64,000 nt of DNA, from NCBI GenBank assembly GCA_963766715.1, contig CAVYBH010000008.1, forward strand, positions 1-64,000. Reading direction: 5' to 3'. The stretch comes from an uncultured delta proteobacterium (lineage in GTDB: Bacteria > Myxococcota > Myxococcia > Myxococcales > Anaeromyxobacteraceae). How positions within the stretch are numbered: the first letter of the stretch is position 1; the number at the start of each line of letters is the position of its first letter. Made by a program: the position numbers and the translations under genes. Positions 1-10,874 of the stretch are shown here, in pieces. The notes below the pieces were generated by a model. It worked only from the letters and a program-made list of their open reading frames with translations, made no database searches and was not told the origin of the DNA.

Positions 1-109
1 GCGACCCGATCCGGGCGCCGGTCTTGCGCTGCTCTTCCTGGGCTTTCTGGAGCTGCTGCAGGGAGACGAGGTTCTCCCGCACCAGCAGCTCGCCGAGACG
101 TCCCGACAT
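1..109 (-). CDS. pilB: Type IV pilus assembly ATPase PilB, N-terminal fragment (runs off the window)
   Basis: Minus strand from ATG at 109 reads MSGRLGELLVRENLVSLQQLQKAQEEQRKTGARIGS, a typical myxobacterial PilB N-terminus; lies downstream of ribF. Confidence 0.85.
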   Translation of the reverse strand, partial: MSGRLGELLVRENLVSLQQLQKAQEEQRKTGARIGS

Positions 110-221
110 GTGGCTACTCTCCCCCGAGGAAAGACGTGCTGGAAGAAATTCGACGCTAACACCCGGTTTCCGGCGCGGTCAAGGAATCCACCGGCGCAAG
201 TATCGGAAATTCCGGCAGGTT

Positions 222-1208
222 TCAGGAGAGGCGGGCGTTCCCGGGACCGCGGCCGCGCAGCAGCTCGCCCGCCGTCCGGGCGTCCTGCCCGATCTGCGCG
301 CGCAGCGCCTCCAGGGAGGGGAAGCGTCGCTCGGCCCGGATGCGGGCGACGAACTCGACCCGGACCCGCTCGCCGTACAGGTCGCTCCCGTCGTGGCCGA
401 GGAGATGGGCCTCCAGCCCGACCGCCCCGGCCTCCTCGACCGTGGGCTTCACGCCGACGTTGCAGACCGCGTCGAAGGTCGGGGCCCCGGCGGCGTGCGC
501 GACCCCGTCGGGGCGCAGCCCTACCCCCAGCCGGGCCCTCGCCGCGTACACCCCGAGCGCAGGCAGGAGCCCGACCGGCCGGAGGTTGGCGGTCGGGAAA
601 CCCAGCCCGCGCCCACGGCCGGCGCCCCGCTCGACCAGCGCCTCGACGTCGTGCGGGCGGCCGAGCAGCACTCCCGCGCCCTCGACGTTCCCCTCGAGGA
701 GGAACTCCCGGACCTTGGTGGAGCTGACGGTCAGGCCGTCGGCGGTGACGGGCTGGATCACCGAGAGGCCGATCCCGCAGGCGAGCAGCATCTCCCGCAG
801 GACGTCGACCCGGGCCCGCTCGTGACCCGCCGTGAAATCGTAGCCCACCACCACGTCGGCGGCCCCGAGCTGCCCGCACAGGTCGCGACGGACGAACTCC
901 GCGGCCGGGGTGGCTGCGTAGGCCAGGTCGAACGGGAGGACCACGGCCGCCTCCATGCCCGCCTCCTCGAGCAGCTCGAGCTTCCGGGGCAGCGGCGTGA
1001 GCGTGGGCGGCGCCATCTGCGGCCGGAGCACCTGGGCCGGATGGGGCTCGAAGGTGAGCGCCACGGCGAGCGACCGGTGCGTGGCGGCGCGGGCCCGGGC
1101 GGTCTCGAGCAGCCGCTGGTGCCCCAGGTGGACGCCGTCGAAGTTCCCGATGGCCACCGCGCAGCCGCGCAGGGCCGCCGCCCCGGCGAATCCCCGGATC
1201 ACCTTCAT
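222..1208 (-). CDS. ribF: Bifunctional riboflavin kinase / FAD synthetase
   Basis: [31 protein letters not shown] and LEAHLL motifs. Confidence 0.95.
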   Translation of the reverse strand: MKVIRGFAGAAALRGCAVAIGNFDGVHLGHQRLLETARARAATHRSLAVALTFEPHPAQVLRPQMAPPTLTPLPRKLELLEEAGMEAAVVLPFDLAYAATPAAEFVRRDLCGQLGAADVVVGYDFTAGHERARVDVLREMLLACGIGLSVIQPVTADGLTVSSTKVREFLLEGNVEGAGVLLGRPHDVEALVERGAGRGRGLGFPTANLRPVGLLPALGVYAARARLGVGLRPDGVAHAAGAPTFDAVCNVGVKPTVEEAGAVGLEAHLLGHDGSDLYGERVRVEFVARIRAERRFPSLEALRAQIGQDARTAGELLRGRGPGNARLS

Positions 1209-1612
1209 CGGCGCCGTTCCTTCCGGAGGAGGACTTTCCGGAACGCCCGGGGCAGGAGGGCGCCGAGCGTGGTCTCGACCCGGGAGCGGCCGGCGCCGAC
1301 CAGCACGACGGGGAGATCCGGGCCGGCGAACTCGGCCAGGGTCTGCAGGCACATGCCGCAGGGAGGCGTGGGGGGCGTGGTGCCGCTCGCCACGACGACC
1401 TCGTCGAGGACGCGCGCCCCCGCCAGGACGGCCGCCGCCACCGCCACCCGCTCGGCGCACACGGTGAGCCCGTAGCTGGCGTTCTCGACGTTGGCGCCCG
1501 CGTGGACCCGGGTTCCGGCCCGGACGGCGGCCCCGACGCGGAAGCCCGAGTACGGGGCGTAGGCGCGTCTCCGGGCCGCGCGGGCCAGCTTCGCGAGGGC
1601 GGTCGTCTTCAC
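1205..1612 (-). CDS. cdd: Cytidine deaminase
   Basis: [28 protein letters not shown] and PCGMC zinc motifs; GTG start at 1612 overlaps the upstream stop. Confidence 0.93.
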   Translation of the reverse strand: MKTTALAKLARAARRRAYAPYSGFRVGAAVRAGTRVHAGANVENASYGLTVCAERVAVAAAVLAGARVLDEVVVASGTTPPTPPCGMCLQTLAEFAGPDLPVVLVGAGRSRVETTLGALLPRAFRKVLLRKERRR

Positions 1613-1902
1613 GCTTCCTCCAGGAACCGGGACACGGAGAGGGCATCCTCCGGGGAGAGGGCGTCCAGGCGGACGTGGGCCACGAACGCGTCGCCCTCGC
1701 GATCGACCCGCACCACCTCGGCGTCGACCCGCACCTCGTTCGAGGCCCCGGGGAGCAGGAACCGCAGCTCCAGGCGCCGCGCCGGTGGATGACTTTGAGT
1801 GAAATGGAGCCCGGAGGCGTCCAGCCTGCCGGGCCACTCCTCGAAGGAGCCCCCCGCGGCCGGGTCGCGCACGAGCACGTGGAGCCCGGGAAACGGGGTC
1901 AA
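1609..1902 (-). CDS. Small PilZ-like beta-barrel protein (start uncertain)
   Basis: [25 protein letters not shown] pattern resembles PilZ; translationally coupled to its neighbours; no clear RxxxR motif. Confidence 0.55.
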   Translation of the reverse strand: MTPFPGLHVLVRDPAAGGSFEEWPGRLDASGLHFTQSHPPARRLELRFLLPGASNEVRVDAEVVRVDREGDAFVAHVRLDALSPEDALSVSRFLEEA

Positions 1903-2734
1903 CGGACCGCCTCCGCCGCCCAGCACGTCGCGAGCCGCTCCAGCCGGTCCCGGGCCCCGTTCCCGGTCGCGATCACCTCGGCGTGGGAGAGCGGTGCGCC
2001 GGACATCCCGGCCGCCAGGTTGGTGACGACCGACACCGCCGCCACCCGGAGCCCGGCGTGGCGGGCTGCGATGACCTCGAGGACGGTGGACATGCCCACC
2101 AGGTCGGCCCCCAGCGTCCGCAGCATCCGGATCTCGGCCGGGGTCTCGTAGCTCGGGCCGGCCAGCCCGGCGTAGACCCCCTTGCCGAGCGGGATGCCGA
2201 GCTTCCCCGCGCAGGCGTCGAGCAGCCCGCCCAGGCGCGTGTCGTAGGGGTCGGTCATGTCCGGGAACCGGGGCCCGAGGCGGTCGTCGTTCGGCCCGGT
2301 GAGCGGATTCTGGCCCGTCAGGTTCAGGTGGTCGGTGATGCGGACCAGGTCGCCCGGCGCCAGCCCCGGGGCCACGGCGCCGGCGGCGTTGGTGAGCAGC
2401 AGCGAGCGGACGCCGATGGCGGCCAGGAGTCGCACGCCGAAGGTCACGTCCTCCGCGCTCCAGCCCTCGTAGGCGTGGACCCGGCCCTGCAGGGCGGCGA
2501 CCGGAACCCCGCCCAGCGTGCCCAGCACGAGCCGGCCCTCGTGGCCGGCGACGGTCACGGCCGGAAACTCGGGGATCTCGCCGTAGGGGATGGCGACCGC
2601 CTCCTGCAGGCGATCGGCGATCCCCCCAGGCCGGAGCCGAGCACCAGCCCCACGGCCGGCCGGATCTCGGCGCGCCCCCGGACCAGCGCGCGGGCGTAGT
2701 CGAGACGGGTGTGAAGGTCGGGCCTGCGGCTCAT
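1899..2734 (-). CDS. punA: Purine-nucleoside phosphorylase (trimeric type), frameshifted in this sequence
   Basis: [32 protein letters not shown] and VGMSTVLE motifs split across frames near 2560-2620. Confidence 0.9.
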
Positions 2735-4050
2735 GCTGCCTCCTCGATCCGCTCCAGTACCAGGGGCCCGGCCGACGCGGGGCCGGCGCCGATCCGGTAG
2801 GCGTTCCTCACCCGGGCCGCCACCGCGCCGGGCGACTCGAGCGGGGCCGCGCCGACGTGCAGCGTGACGAGCGTCTCGCCCGCCTCCACCGGGTCGCCGA
2901 TCTTCTTCCACACCTCGAGACCGGCCGCCGGGTCCACCCGGTCCTCGATCCGCGTGCGACCGGCGCCCAGCGCCATGGCGGCGAGCCCCAGGGCCTCGGT
3001 GTCGATGGCCTCGACCCGTCCGGAGGCCGGCGAGGCGACGTCGGCCGTGGCGGCCGCGAGCGGGAGGCGCCCGGGGTCGGCCAGGGCGCCGGGGTCGCCC
3101 CCCTGGGCCTCCACGATCTCGCAGAGCTTGCGGAACCCGCGCCCGTCGGCGATGGCCTGCTCGACCCGGGCGCGCGCCTCGTCCGCGCCGGCGGCCACGC
3201 CGCCCAGGACCAGCATCTCCGCGGTGAGGGCCACGGTCAGCTCCCGGAGGTCGGGCGGCCCCCCGCCGTGGAGGAGCTGGAGGATCTCCTTCACTTCGAG
3301 TGCGTTGCCGACCGCTCGCCCGAGCGGCTGATCCATGTCGGTGAGGAGCGCCGTGACGTCCTTGCCCATCCCGCGTCCCAGGCCGACGAGCGTCCGGCCC
3401 AGCGCCCGGGCGTCGGGGAGCCGCTTCATGAAGGCGCCGCTGCCCACCTTCACGTCGAGCACCAGGCCGTCGATTCCCTCGGCCAGCTTCTTCGACAGGA
3501 TGGAGGCGGCGATGAGGGGGATCGACTCGACGGTGGCGGTGAGATCCCGGAGCGCGTAGAGCTTCTTGTCGGCCGGCGCGATCCGGTCGGTCTGGCCGAT
3601 GAGGCACGCGCCCACCGAGCCGAGCACCTCCCGGAAGCGCTCGACCGGAAGGTGGATCCGGAAGCCCGGGATGGCCTCCAGCTTGTCGAGCGTCCCGCCG
3701 GTGTGGCCGAGCCCCCGCCCGCTCACCATGGGCACCTTCACGCCGCAGGCGGCCGCCAGCGGGGCCACGGCCAGCGAGGTCTTGTCTCCCACGCCGCCGG
3801 TGGAGTGCTTGTCCACCTTCGGGCCGGGGATGTCGGAGAGGTCGAGGACGTCGCCGGAGTGGAGCATGGCCGAGGTGAGCGCCTGCAGCTCGGCCGCGCC
3901 CATCCCCCGGAAGAAGACCGCCATGCAGAAGGCGGCCATCTGGTAGTCGGGCACGGCCCCTTCGGCGTAGCGGGTCACCAGCTCGGCGATGGCCTCCGGC
4001 GGCACCGGGTGGCCGTCGCGCTTGCGGTGGATGACCTCGTAGGGGCGCAC
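2731..4050 (-). CDS. pdp: Thymidine / pyrimidine-nucleoside phosphorylase
   Basis: DKHSTGGVGDK, SGRGLGHTGGTLDKLE and SKKLAEG motifs. Confidence 0.95.
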   Translation of the reverse strand: MRPYEVIHRKRDGHPVPPEAIAELVTRYAEGAVPDYQMAAFCMAVFFRGMGAAELQALTSAMLHSGDVLDLSDIPGPKVDKHSTGGVGDKTSLAVAPLAAACGVKVPMVSGRGLGHTGGTLDKLEAIPGFRIHLPVERFREVLGSVGACLIGQTDRIAPADKKLYALRDLTATVESIPLIAASILSKKLAEGIDGLVLDVKVGSGAFMKRLPDARALGRTLVGLGRGMGKDVTALLTDMDQPLGRAVGNALEVKEILQLLHGGGPPDLRELTVALTAEMLVLGGVAAGADEARARVEQAIADGRGFRKLCEIVEAQGGDPGALADPGRLPLAAATADVASPASGRVEAIDTEALGLAAMALGAGRTRIEDRVDPAAGLEVWKKIGDPVEAGETLVTLHVGAAPLESPGAVAARVRNAYRIGAGPASAGPLVLERIEEAA

Positions 4051-4126
4051 GCCACACGGCTAGCACACGCCCCGGGGAGCGGCAATTCGACCGCGTCCAC
4101 GGACGATGCGGTATGGTCGGAGCGCG

Positions 4127-4822
4127 GTGAAGATCCTCGTCTGCTGCGAGAACCAGATCGTCTGCGACGCGGTCGCGCTGTCGCTCTCCGGGGCCGGCCA
4201 CCAGGCCGTGGCGTCGGCGGACCCGATGCAGCTGGCCTCCAACCTGGCAGGGGCCGGCGCCCTGGTCGTGGACGCGGCCGGCGGCCGCCGGGCCATCGCG
4301 CTGCTCCGCGATCGGGGCTTCGCCGGGCGCGCGCTGGTCACCGGCGTGGGGCCGATGGAGGACCTCGCCGAGCTGGCCCGCAGGTGCGGGGCCGACGGCG
4401 CGCTCGGGCTCGACCCGCTGGAGGAGCTGCCCGCCCGCTTCACCGCGGCCCTCGCCATCCGGCGCCGGATCCTGATCGTCGACGACAACGAGATCGTGGC
4501 GCGCTTCCTGGAGCGGGAGCTGGCCGGGAAGGGGTTCGAGGTGCTCTACGCGCCGGACGCGGAGGTGGCCACCACCCTGCTCGCCCGCCGCGAGACGCGC
4601 CCCGACCTCATCCTGCTCGACGTGAAGATGCCGCGCATCGACGGCCCGCAGTTCTGCCGGTTCGTGAAGCGGAACGAGCGCTTCCGGGGCATCAAGGTGA
4701 TCCTCTGCACCGGCGCGGCCCGGGACACGGTCGAGCAGCTGGCCGCCGAGTGCGGGGCGGACGGCTTCCTCTTCAAGGACGAGTTCCTCGGGAAGTGGGT
4801 CGCCGAGCACGCCGGCGGCTAG
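4127..4822 (+). CDS. Response regulator with a degenerate N-terminal and a canonical C-terminal receiver domain
   Basis: ILIVDD, PDLILLDVKMPRIDG, ILCT and K in the C-terminal half; N-terminal KILVCCEN receiver-like segment. Confidence 0.8.
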   Translation: MKILVCCENQIVCDAVALSLSGAGHQAVASADPMQLASNLAGAGALVVDAAGGRRAIALLRDRGFAGRALVTGVGPMEDLAELARRCGADGALGLDPLEELPARFTAALAIRRRILIVDDNEIVARFLERELAGKGFEVLYAPDAEVATTLLARRETRPDLILLDVKMPRIDGPQFCRFVKRNERFRGIKVILCTGAARDTVEQLAAECGADGFLFKDEFLGKWVAEHAGG

Positions 4823-6450
4823 AACGGACGGCGGGGGCACTCCGCCGGGGGCGTCGTGCCGTTGCAGGCGCCGGGCGTCCCGGGTGCGGCCTGGGCGCAG
4901 GCGAAGCCCGGGGTGGCGTCCTCCCCGTCGGGATGGATCCGCTCCGTGGATCGACCCGTGCAGCGGACGGACGGCGCGGCCCAGCCGAAGCCCGACACCA
5001 CCGTCCCGGAGGGCGTCTCCAGGGCCACCGCCGGGGGACGCTCGTCCGCCAGCCCTCCGGCCAGCGACGTGGACCCGCAGTGGAACAGCCCCGCTCCGGC
5101 AGGGACCGCGTAGCGTCCGTCCCAGCTGCCGCCGACCAGGAGGGCGTGACCCCCCGGCGGCAGCGCTCCCGTCCCGGCGTCGAGCGTGCAGCGCGTGACC
5201 ACGCCGCTCGCGCTCCGCTTGGCGAGCTTCCAGCCGGTCAGGTCGGCGTCGCCGCTGCCCAGGTTGGCGATCTCCACGTACTCGCCCCCGGCCTGCGGGG
5301 TGGCGGCGTCGGCGAGCACCTCGGTGACGACCACGCGGGGCGCCGCGGAGCCGGTGGCCGCCGGCGCCCAGGCCCCGGGGACGGCCGCGTTTCCCGCCAG
5401 GTCCTCGGCCAGCAGCCGGACCTTCACCCGCCGTCCGGGACAGAGCCCGGTCACCGTCGCCACGGCCGGGCAGCGCGTGGGCGCCCCGCACGGGTCCCAC
5501 CCCGGACAGGCGGCGAAGTCGCCCCAGGCCACCAGGCTCCCGGGCGCGTCGGGGAGGGCGCCGCACGCCTCGCCCAGCCTCTCGACCGCCACCTCGACGC
5601 CGAGGCGGACGGGCTCGCCGGCGTCGGCCGCCACCGAGAGGGACGTGTCGCCGGGGAGGATGCGGGCGGTGGCCGGCTCGACCACCGGGGCCCGGTCGTC
5701 CCGGCAGGCCGCCACGGCGATGGCCGGCAGCGGCGGCGGACGATTGCCCGCGGCGTCGCGCACGTCGTCGAGCAGGGGGGAGAACGGCCCGGCCGGCAGC
5801 GACCCCGCCAGGACCAGCGAGAGGACGTCCGGCGAGATCGCCCGAGGCGTCCCGGCCACGGACTTCACCGCGAGAGAACCCGACACCGGCTCGGAGAATC
5901 CCAGGCGGATCTCCTTCAGGTTGACCGGGACGGGTCCGGCCGGAGGCGAGATCCAGCGCGCCACCGGGGGTTGGCGGTCGGGCATGACGCCGGTCCGGAA
6001 GGTGGTCGCGAACGCGCGCTTCCTCCCGGTGGGGTCGAGCACGGCCCGTCCGCTCACCGAGCGGATCCCGGTGCCCACCACGATCGCGTAGGCGGACATC
6101 GGGTCGAGGGGGGCGACCGGCGTCCAGGTCGCGAGCGTCCCGCCGTCGGTCAGCGCGACCCGGCCGCCGACCACCGCGCCCCCGGGGCCGATCCCGGTGG
6201 CGGACGCCGCCGCGGTCGCCACCGACTTCGCGTCGACCTCGGTGGCGAGCGCCAGGAACCGGCCGTCCTCGACCCCGGACCCTTCCACCGGCTCGCTGAA
6301 CCGCACCGCCACCTGCGGGAGATCGGGGGCGATCCCCTCCCCCTCCGGCACGACCGAGACGACGCGCGGGGCGGGCTCGGGCGCCTCCGGACCGCAGGCG
6401 AGCAGCGTGGCGAGCGCGACGGCGACGGGAAGGCTGGCGTTCCTCATCAT
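4819..6450 (-). CDS. Lipoprotein with bacterial Ig-like domain(s) and a C-terminal lamin-tail domain
   Basis: Lipobox LLAC; VRFSEPV (Big_5-like); VVVTEVLAD..GEYVEIAN..DLTGWKL (lamin-tail motif); many Cys. Confidence 0.75.
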   Translation of the reverse strand: MMRNASLPVAVALATLLACGPEAPEPAPRVVSVVPEGEGIAPDLPQVAVRFSEPVEGSGVEDGRFLALATEVDAKSVATAAASATGIGPGGAVVGGRVALTDGGTLATWTPVAPLDPMSAYAIVVGTGIRSVSGRAVLDPTGRKRAFATTFRTGVMPDRQPPVARWISPPAGPVPVNLKEIRLGFSEPVSGSLAVKSVAGTPRAISPDVLSLVLAGSLPAGPFSPLLDDVRDAAGNRPPPLPAIAVAACRDDRAPVVEPATARILPGDTSLSVAADAGEPVRLGVEVAVERLGEACGALPDAPGSLVAWGDFAACPGWDPCGAPTRCPAVATVTGLCPGRRVKVRLLAEDLAGNAAVPGAWAPAATGSAAPRVVVTEVLADAATPQAGGEYVEIANLGSGDADLTGWKLAKRSASGVVTRCTLDAGTGALPPGGHALLVGGSWDGRYAVPAGAGLFHCGSTSLAGGLADERPPAVALETPSGTVVSGFGWAAPSVRCTGRSTERIHPDGEDATPGFACAQAAPGTPGACNGTTPPAECPRRPF

Positions 6451-7151
6451 GGGTTCCTCCTGCCGGAGAAGAGTCCTCCGGTGAGCTCGTCGAGCTCGGC
6501 AGTGACCTCGTCGACCTGGTTCTCCCGCTCGGCGCGCTGGAGCGGCTCGCGAGGCGGATCGAGCGCCAGCTGGACGAGCAGGCGGCGGCGCTGGAAGAAG
6601 AGCCGGGTGGCGCGCCGGACGCGCTCCTCCCGCCGATCGATGAGGCGGGAGGCGGTCCAGGCGGCGGCGGGCTCGTCCCGGGAGAAGACGAGCTGGTCCA
6701 GGTCCCAGCTGGCCCGGATGCCGAACTGGGTGGACGGGTTCAGCCGCAGGTAGTCGGACTCGACCGTTCCGGTGACGCCGACCACCCGCGTGTCGCGCTC
6801 GGTGCGGCTGGCGTCGAGCGTGATCCGCGGGAGCCAGTGGGCGCTGCGCGGACGCGCCACCCAGGCCCGGAGCCGGTCGGGGTCGACCCCGTCGTGCGCC
6901 GCCGCGGCCCGCTGGACGTCGGCGATGGGAGGGTCGCCGGACGCGACCAGCGCGAGGATGCGGCGGACCTCGCTCCGGGCGGAGGGAGCGGCGTCGCCCG
7001 CCACGGGTGCGGGCGGGGATGATGGCAGCGGCGCGGCCGGGGGCGCGGCGAGGAGGAGCGCGAGGAGCGGGAGCACGCGTGGGACCGGAGCACGCGCCGG
7101 GCCACCCGGGACGCGCCGGGTTCGGGCCTCCTGCCGCACGCGACGGGCCAC
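6447..7151 (-). CDS. Secreted hypothetical protein resembling a single TolC/OEP repeat (start uncertain, ~7080-7151)
   Basis: Hydrophobic signal LLALLLAAP; WLPRITL..GIRASWDLDQLVF..RLFFQRRRL..LDELTGG pattern. Confidence 0.55.
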   Translation of the reverse strand: MARRVRQEARTRRVPGGPARAPVPRVLPLLALLLAAPPAAPLPSSPPAPVAGDAAPSARSEVRRILALVASGDPPIADVQRAAAAHDGVDPDRLRAWVARPRSAHWLPRITLDASRTERDTRVVGVTGTVESDYLRLNPSTQFGIRASWDLDQLVFSRDEPAAAWTASRLIDRREERVRRATRLFFQRRRLLVQLALDPPREPLQRAERENQVDEVTAELDELTGGLFSGRRNP

Positions 7152-7217
7152 GCCGTGGCCCTTCCGGCCGAGCGGCGAACGCCCTTGCCGCCGGTGCGAG
7201 GCCGCGGCGGCGCCGCC

Positions 7218-8396
7218 TCAGGTCGCCTGGGCCGCGTCCCAGGCCGGCGACATCTCCCGCAGGCGGGTCGCCTTCTCGATCACCAGGCGGGCCGCGTGGT
7301 CCACCTCCTCCTCGGTGTTGAACCGGCCGAGGCCGAAGCGGATCGAGGCGTGGGCCATCTCGTCCGGCACGCCCATGGCGCGCAGCACGTAGGAGGGCTC
7401 GAGCGAGGCCGAGGTGCAGGCCGAGCCGCTGCTCACCGCCACGTCCTTCATGGCGATCATGAGCGCCTCCCCCTCCACGTGCTCGAAGCTCAGGTTCAGG
7501 TTCCCGGGCAGCCGGTGCTCCAGGCTCCCGTTCACGCTGACGCGGTCGAGGCCCCCCAGGATGGCCCGGCGCAGCCGTTCGCGCAGCGCCAGGATCCGCG
7601 GCGCCTCGGCCGGCATCTCCTCGCGCGCCAGCGAGGCCGCCCTCCCGAAGCCGACGATGCCGGGGACGTTGAGGGTGCCCGACCGGTAGCCGCGCTCGTG
7701 CCCTCCCCCGTCGATCTGGGCCACCAGTCGCGCACGGGGCCGGCGGCGCACGTAGAGCGCCCCCACTCCCTTCGGCCCGTACATCTTGTGCGCCGACAGG
7801 GAGACCAGGTCGGCGTTCGTCGACTCGACGTCGAAGGGGATCCGCCCGATCGACTGCACCGCGTCGGTGTGGAAGAGCACCCCCTTCTCCCGGGCGATCC
7901 GCCCGATCTCCTCGATCGGCTGCACCGTGCCGACCTCGTTGTTGGCGTGCATCACCGACACGAGGACGGTGTCGGGGCGCAGCGCCTCGCGAACCGACTC
8001 CGGGTCGACGATTCCCTCCCGGCTCACCGGCAGGACCGTGACCTCGAAGCCCTCGCGCGCCAGCGCCGCCAGGGAGTCCAGGACCGCCTTGTGCTCGATG
8101 GCGGTCGTGACCAGGTGCCGCCCCCGGGCGGCGTGGAAGCGCGCCACCCCCTTCACGGCCAGGTTGTCCGACTCCGTGGCGCCGCTCGTCCAGACGATCT
8201 CCCGGGCGGTGGCGCCGATGAGGCGGGCCACCTGCTCGCGCGCCTCCTCCACCGCCTCCTCGGCCTTCCAGCCGAAGGAGTGGCTCTTCGAGGCCGCGTT
8301 CCCGAAGTGCTGCGTGAAGTAGGGCAGCATGGCCTCGAGGACCCGGGGGTCGACCGGGGTCGTCGAGTGGTGATCCATGTAGATCGGAACCTTCAC
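7218..8396 (-). CDS. iscS: Cysteine desulfurase, IscS subfamily
   Basis: [20 protein letters not shown] (PLP lysine) and SSGSACTS (catalytic Cys). Confidence 0.95.
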   Translation of the reverse strand: MKVPIYMDHHSTTPVDPRVLEAMLPYFTQHFGNAASKSHSFGWKAEEAVEEAREQVARLIGATAREIVWTSGATESDNLAVKGVARFHAARGRHLVTTAIEHKAVLDSLAALAREGFEVTVLPVSREGIVDPESVREALRPDTVLVSVMHANNEVGTVQPIEEIGRIAREKGVLFHTDAVQSIGRIPFDVESTNADLVSLSAHKMYGPKGVGALYVRRRPRARLVAQIDGGGHERGYRSGTLNVPGIVGFGRAASLAREEMPAEAPRILALRERLRRAILGGLDRVSVNGSLEHRLPGNLNLSFEHVEGEALMIAMKDVAVSSGSACTSASLEPSYVLRAMGVPDEMAHASIRFGLGRFNTEEEVDHAARLVIEKATRLREMSPAWDAAQAT

Positions 8397-8557
8397 GCCT
8401 CTGCCTGCCTCTCACGGAATGGAACGCCTCGCGGTTGCGTTCCGGCCTGGGTATCTATAAGGGTGTGCCCGGGCGGGTCAAGGACGGCCTCGCCCCCAAG
8501 ATCCCGTCCCGACGAGGGATTTTGCCGGCGCCGGGAGTGGTTACATTGGAAGGACGC

Positions 8558-9931
8558 ATGCGGATCCTCACGAGAATCCTGGTCGCGGGCCTGACGTTCG
8601 CGGCGGTCGCCTGGCTGCCCGACCTCGCCGCGTCCGGCGCCACCGGCGCGACCACCGACCTGGGGCTCGGGAGCCTCCTCGCCCAGGGCTCGGCGCTCGC
8701 CTACGTCGCGGCCTTCGGCGGCGGCGTCCTGACCAGCCTCACGCCGTGCGTCTACCCCCTCATCCCCATCACGGTCTCGATCTTCGGCGCCCGCCAGGCC
8801 AGCTCGCGCCGCCACGCCATCGCCCTCTCCGCGCTCTACGTGCTCGGCATCGCCATCATGTACTCGGCGCTCGGCGTGGGCGCGGCGCTGACCGGCAAGG
8901 CCTTCGGCAGCGTCATGCAGAACCCGTTCGTCATCGGTGGCGTGGCGCTCGTCTTCGCGACCATGGCGGCCTCGATGTTCGGCGCCTTCGAGCTGCAGCT
9001 GCCGGCGAGCTTCCAGGCCCGCCTCCAGACCGTGGGCGGGGCCGGCTACCTGGGCGCCCTCGGAATGGGGCTCGTCTCCGGCATCATCGCCGCCCCCTGC
9101 ACCGGCCCGGTGCTGGCCGCCGCGCTCGCCTTCGTGGCCACCAAGGGGTCGGTGGCCTTCGGGCTCGGCATCATGTTCACCTACGCGCTCGGGCTCGGGC
9201 TCCTCTTCTTCCTGATCGGCGCCTTCTCCGTCTCCCTGCCCAAGAGCGGTCCCTGGATGGACACGGTGAAGAGCGTCTTCGGCGTGGCCCTCCTCGCGGC
9301 CGCCGGCGTGTTCCTGAAGGACTCGCTCCCCGCGCTCACCCCGATCTTCCACGCGTCCCGCGCCGCCGCGCTGGCCGCCGCCGCCTTCGCCGGGACGGGC
9401 GTCCTGCTCGGCGCCTTCAGCGGCAGCTTCCACGGGCCGGCCCTCCACAAGGTCGCGAAGGGGCTCGGCGTGGCCCTCGTCGTGGGCGGGATCGTCTACG
9501 CCTCCGGAGCCGCCTCGGCCCGCTCCCGCGCCCAGGGAGACCGGCTGGCCTGGCACTTCCACCAGGACGAGCTGGCGGCCATCGCCGAGGCCCGCGCGCA
9601 GGGGAAGCCGGTCATCATCGACTTCTGGGCCGAGTGGTGCACCGCCTGCAAGGAGCTCGACAAGACCGCCTGGGCCGACCCGCGCGTCCAGGCCGCCGCC
9701 GGGCGCTTCGTCACGTTGAAGATGGACGGCACCAACGACACCGAGGCGTTCCAGAAGGCCTTCGACAAGTACGGCGTGGTCGGCATGCCCACGGTCGTCT
9801 TCATCGACTCGTCGGGACGCGAGGTCCCGCAGCGGATCACGGGCGCCGTCGAGGGGGACGAGATGCTCAAGTTCCTCGAGTCGGTCGACCGGACCTGCGG
9901 GCCGGCCATCGCCTGCGTGGCCCGCTGGTAG
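8558..9931 (+). CDS. dsbD: DsbD/CcdA-family thiol:disulfide interchange protein with a C-terminal thioredoxin domain
   Basis: LTPCVYPLIPI, AAPCTGP, PKSGPWM and DFWAEWCTACK motifs; multiple TM helices. Confidence 0.88.
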   Translation: MRILTRILVAGLTFAAVAWLPDLAASGATGATTDLGLGSLLAQGSALAYVAAFGGGVLTSLTPCVYPLIPITVSIFGARQASSRRHAIALSALYVLGIAIMYSALGVGAALTGKAFGSVMQNPFVIGGVALVFATMAASMFGAFELQLPASFQARLQTVGGAGYLGALGMGLVSGIIAAPCTGPVLAAALAFVATKGSVAFGLGIMFTYALGLGLLFFLIGAFSVSLPKSGPWMDTVKSVFGVALLAAAGVFLKDSLPALTPIFHASRAAALAAAAFAGTGVLLGAFSGSFHGPALHKVAKGLGVALVVGGIVYASGAASARSRAQGDRLAWHFHQDELAAIAEARAQGKPVIIDFWAEWCTACKELDKTAWADPRVQAAAGRFVTLKMDGTNDTEAFQKAFDKYGVVGMPTVVFIDSSGREVPQRITGAVEGDEMLKFLESVDRTCGPAIACVARW

Positions 9932-9958
9932 CCGGGCCGGCGCAGCGCGGGGAGCGGC

Positions 9959-10591
9959 CTAGAACACCTTCCAGGTGACGAGGGCCACCACCTCGCCCAG
10001 GAGCTTCCGGTCCACGCCGGGGATCCCGGCGCTCCCGCTGGCCCAGCGCGCCCAGATGCCGGCCCGGGCGCCGATGGTGATGTCCTTCACCACCTGGGCC
10101 TCGTAGGCCACGCCGAGGCGGGGCAGGAAGGCGAGTCCCATGCCGCGCTGGAAGGCCCATTCGAGGCCGAGGTCGAGGGTCACGCTGGCCAGTCCCGGCC
10201 CGGTGGACGCCGTCCACCCGACCCCCGGAGCGACGAGCACGCCGAGGTTGGCCTGGTTCTCCGGGTAGATCCAGGTGGCTCCGAAATCGAACCACGGCCC
10301 GGCCACCAGCCGGAAGCCGGCCCGGCTTCCGGCATCGCCGGCCAGCTCCCGCCGCCAGACCGCCGCCAGGACCATCTCCCCGGTGGTCCAGCTCAGTCCC
10401 ATCGTCCCGCCCAGGTCGTTCCACTCGTCGAGCCCCTGCGCGTAGGTCACGGAGAGCTGCGGGTATCCGACCTCGGCGAGCCAGGCCGCTCCTCCGGGTC
10501 CCAGCGCACCGGCTCCGACCAGGGTGACCGGTGCGCTCGGCGAGGGAGCGGCCGAGAAGGCGAGGGCGAGAAGCGCGGGGACGAGGTTCAT
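9959..10591 (-). CDS. Secreted hypothetical protein, probable small outer-membrane beta-barrel
   Basis: Signal peptide; alternating hydrophobic strands; C-terminal aromatic residue (TWKVF). Confidence 0.6.
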   Translation of the reverse strand: MNLVPALLALAFSAAPSPSAPVTLVGAGALGPGGAAWLAEVGYPQLSVTYAQGLDEWNDLGGTMGLSWTTGEMVLAAVWRRELAGDAGSRAGFRLVAGPWFDFGATWIYPENQANLGVLVAPGVGWTASTGPGLASVTLDLGLEWAFQRGMGLAFLPRLGVAYEAQVVKDITIGARAGIWARWASGSAGIPGVDRKLLGEVVALVTWKVF

Positions 10592-10692
10592 GGCGGCGGC
10601 ATTGTAGCCTCGGAGCGGGCCTTCGACCTCTTCCGGGCGGCCGAATGCCGTTGACACCGGACGCCTCCCCTGGCTAATGAGGGGCGCACCTT

Positions 10693-10779
10693 GCCCAGGT
10701 GGCGAAACTGGTAGACGCACTAGATTCAGGGTCTAGCGGCTGAAAGGCCATGGAGGTTCGAGTCCTCTCCTGGGCACCA
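10693..10779 (+). tRNA. tRNA-Leu(CAG)
   Basis: Acceptor stem GCCCAGG/CCTGGGC, anticodon arm CTAGA-TT-CAG-GG-TCTAG, long variable arm, GGTTCGAGTCC T arm, encoded CCA; TTGACA upstream at 10651. Confidence 0.97.
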
Positions 10780-10854
10780 TTCACGGGGGCGGCGGGCCGC
10801 GAGGCTCGCCGCCTCGCCCGTTTCCGCCCCCCCGCGTTGACCTCGCCGGCCGAG

Positions 10855-10870
10855 TTGCATATTCATGCAA
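10855..10870. promoter_or_regulatory. ARG box (ArgR operator) overlapping the argC promoter
   Basis: Palindrome TTGCAT-ATTC-ATGCAA immediately upstream of the argC ATG; TTGACC -35-like at 10837; argR is in the same operon. Confidence 0.8.
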
Positions 10871-10874
10871 CTCC

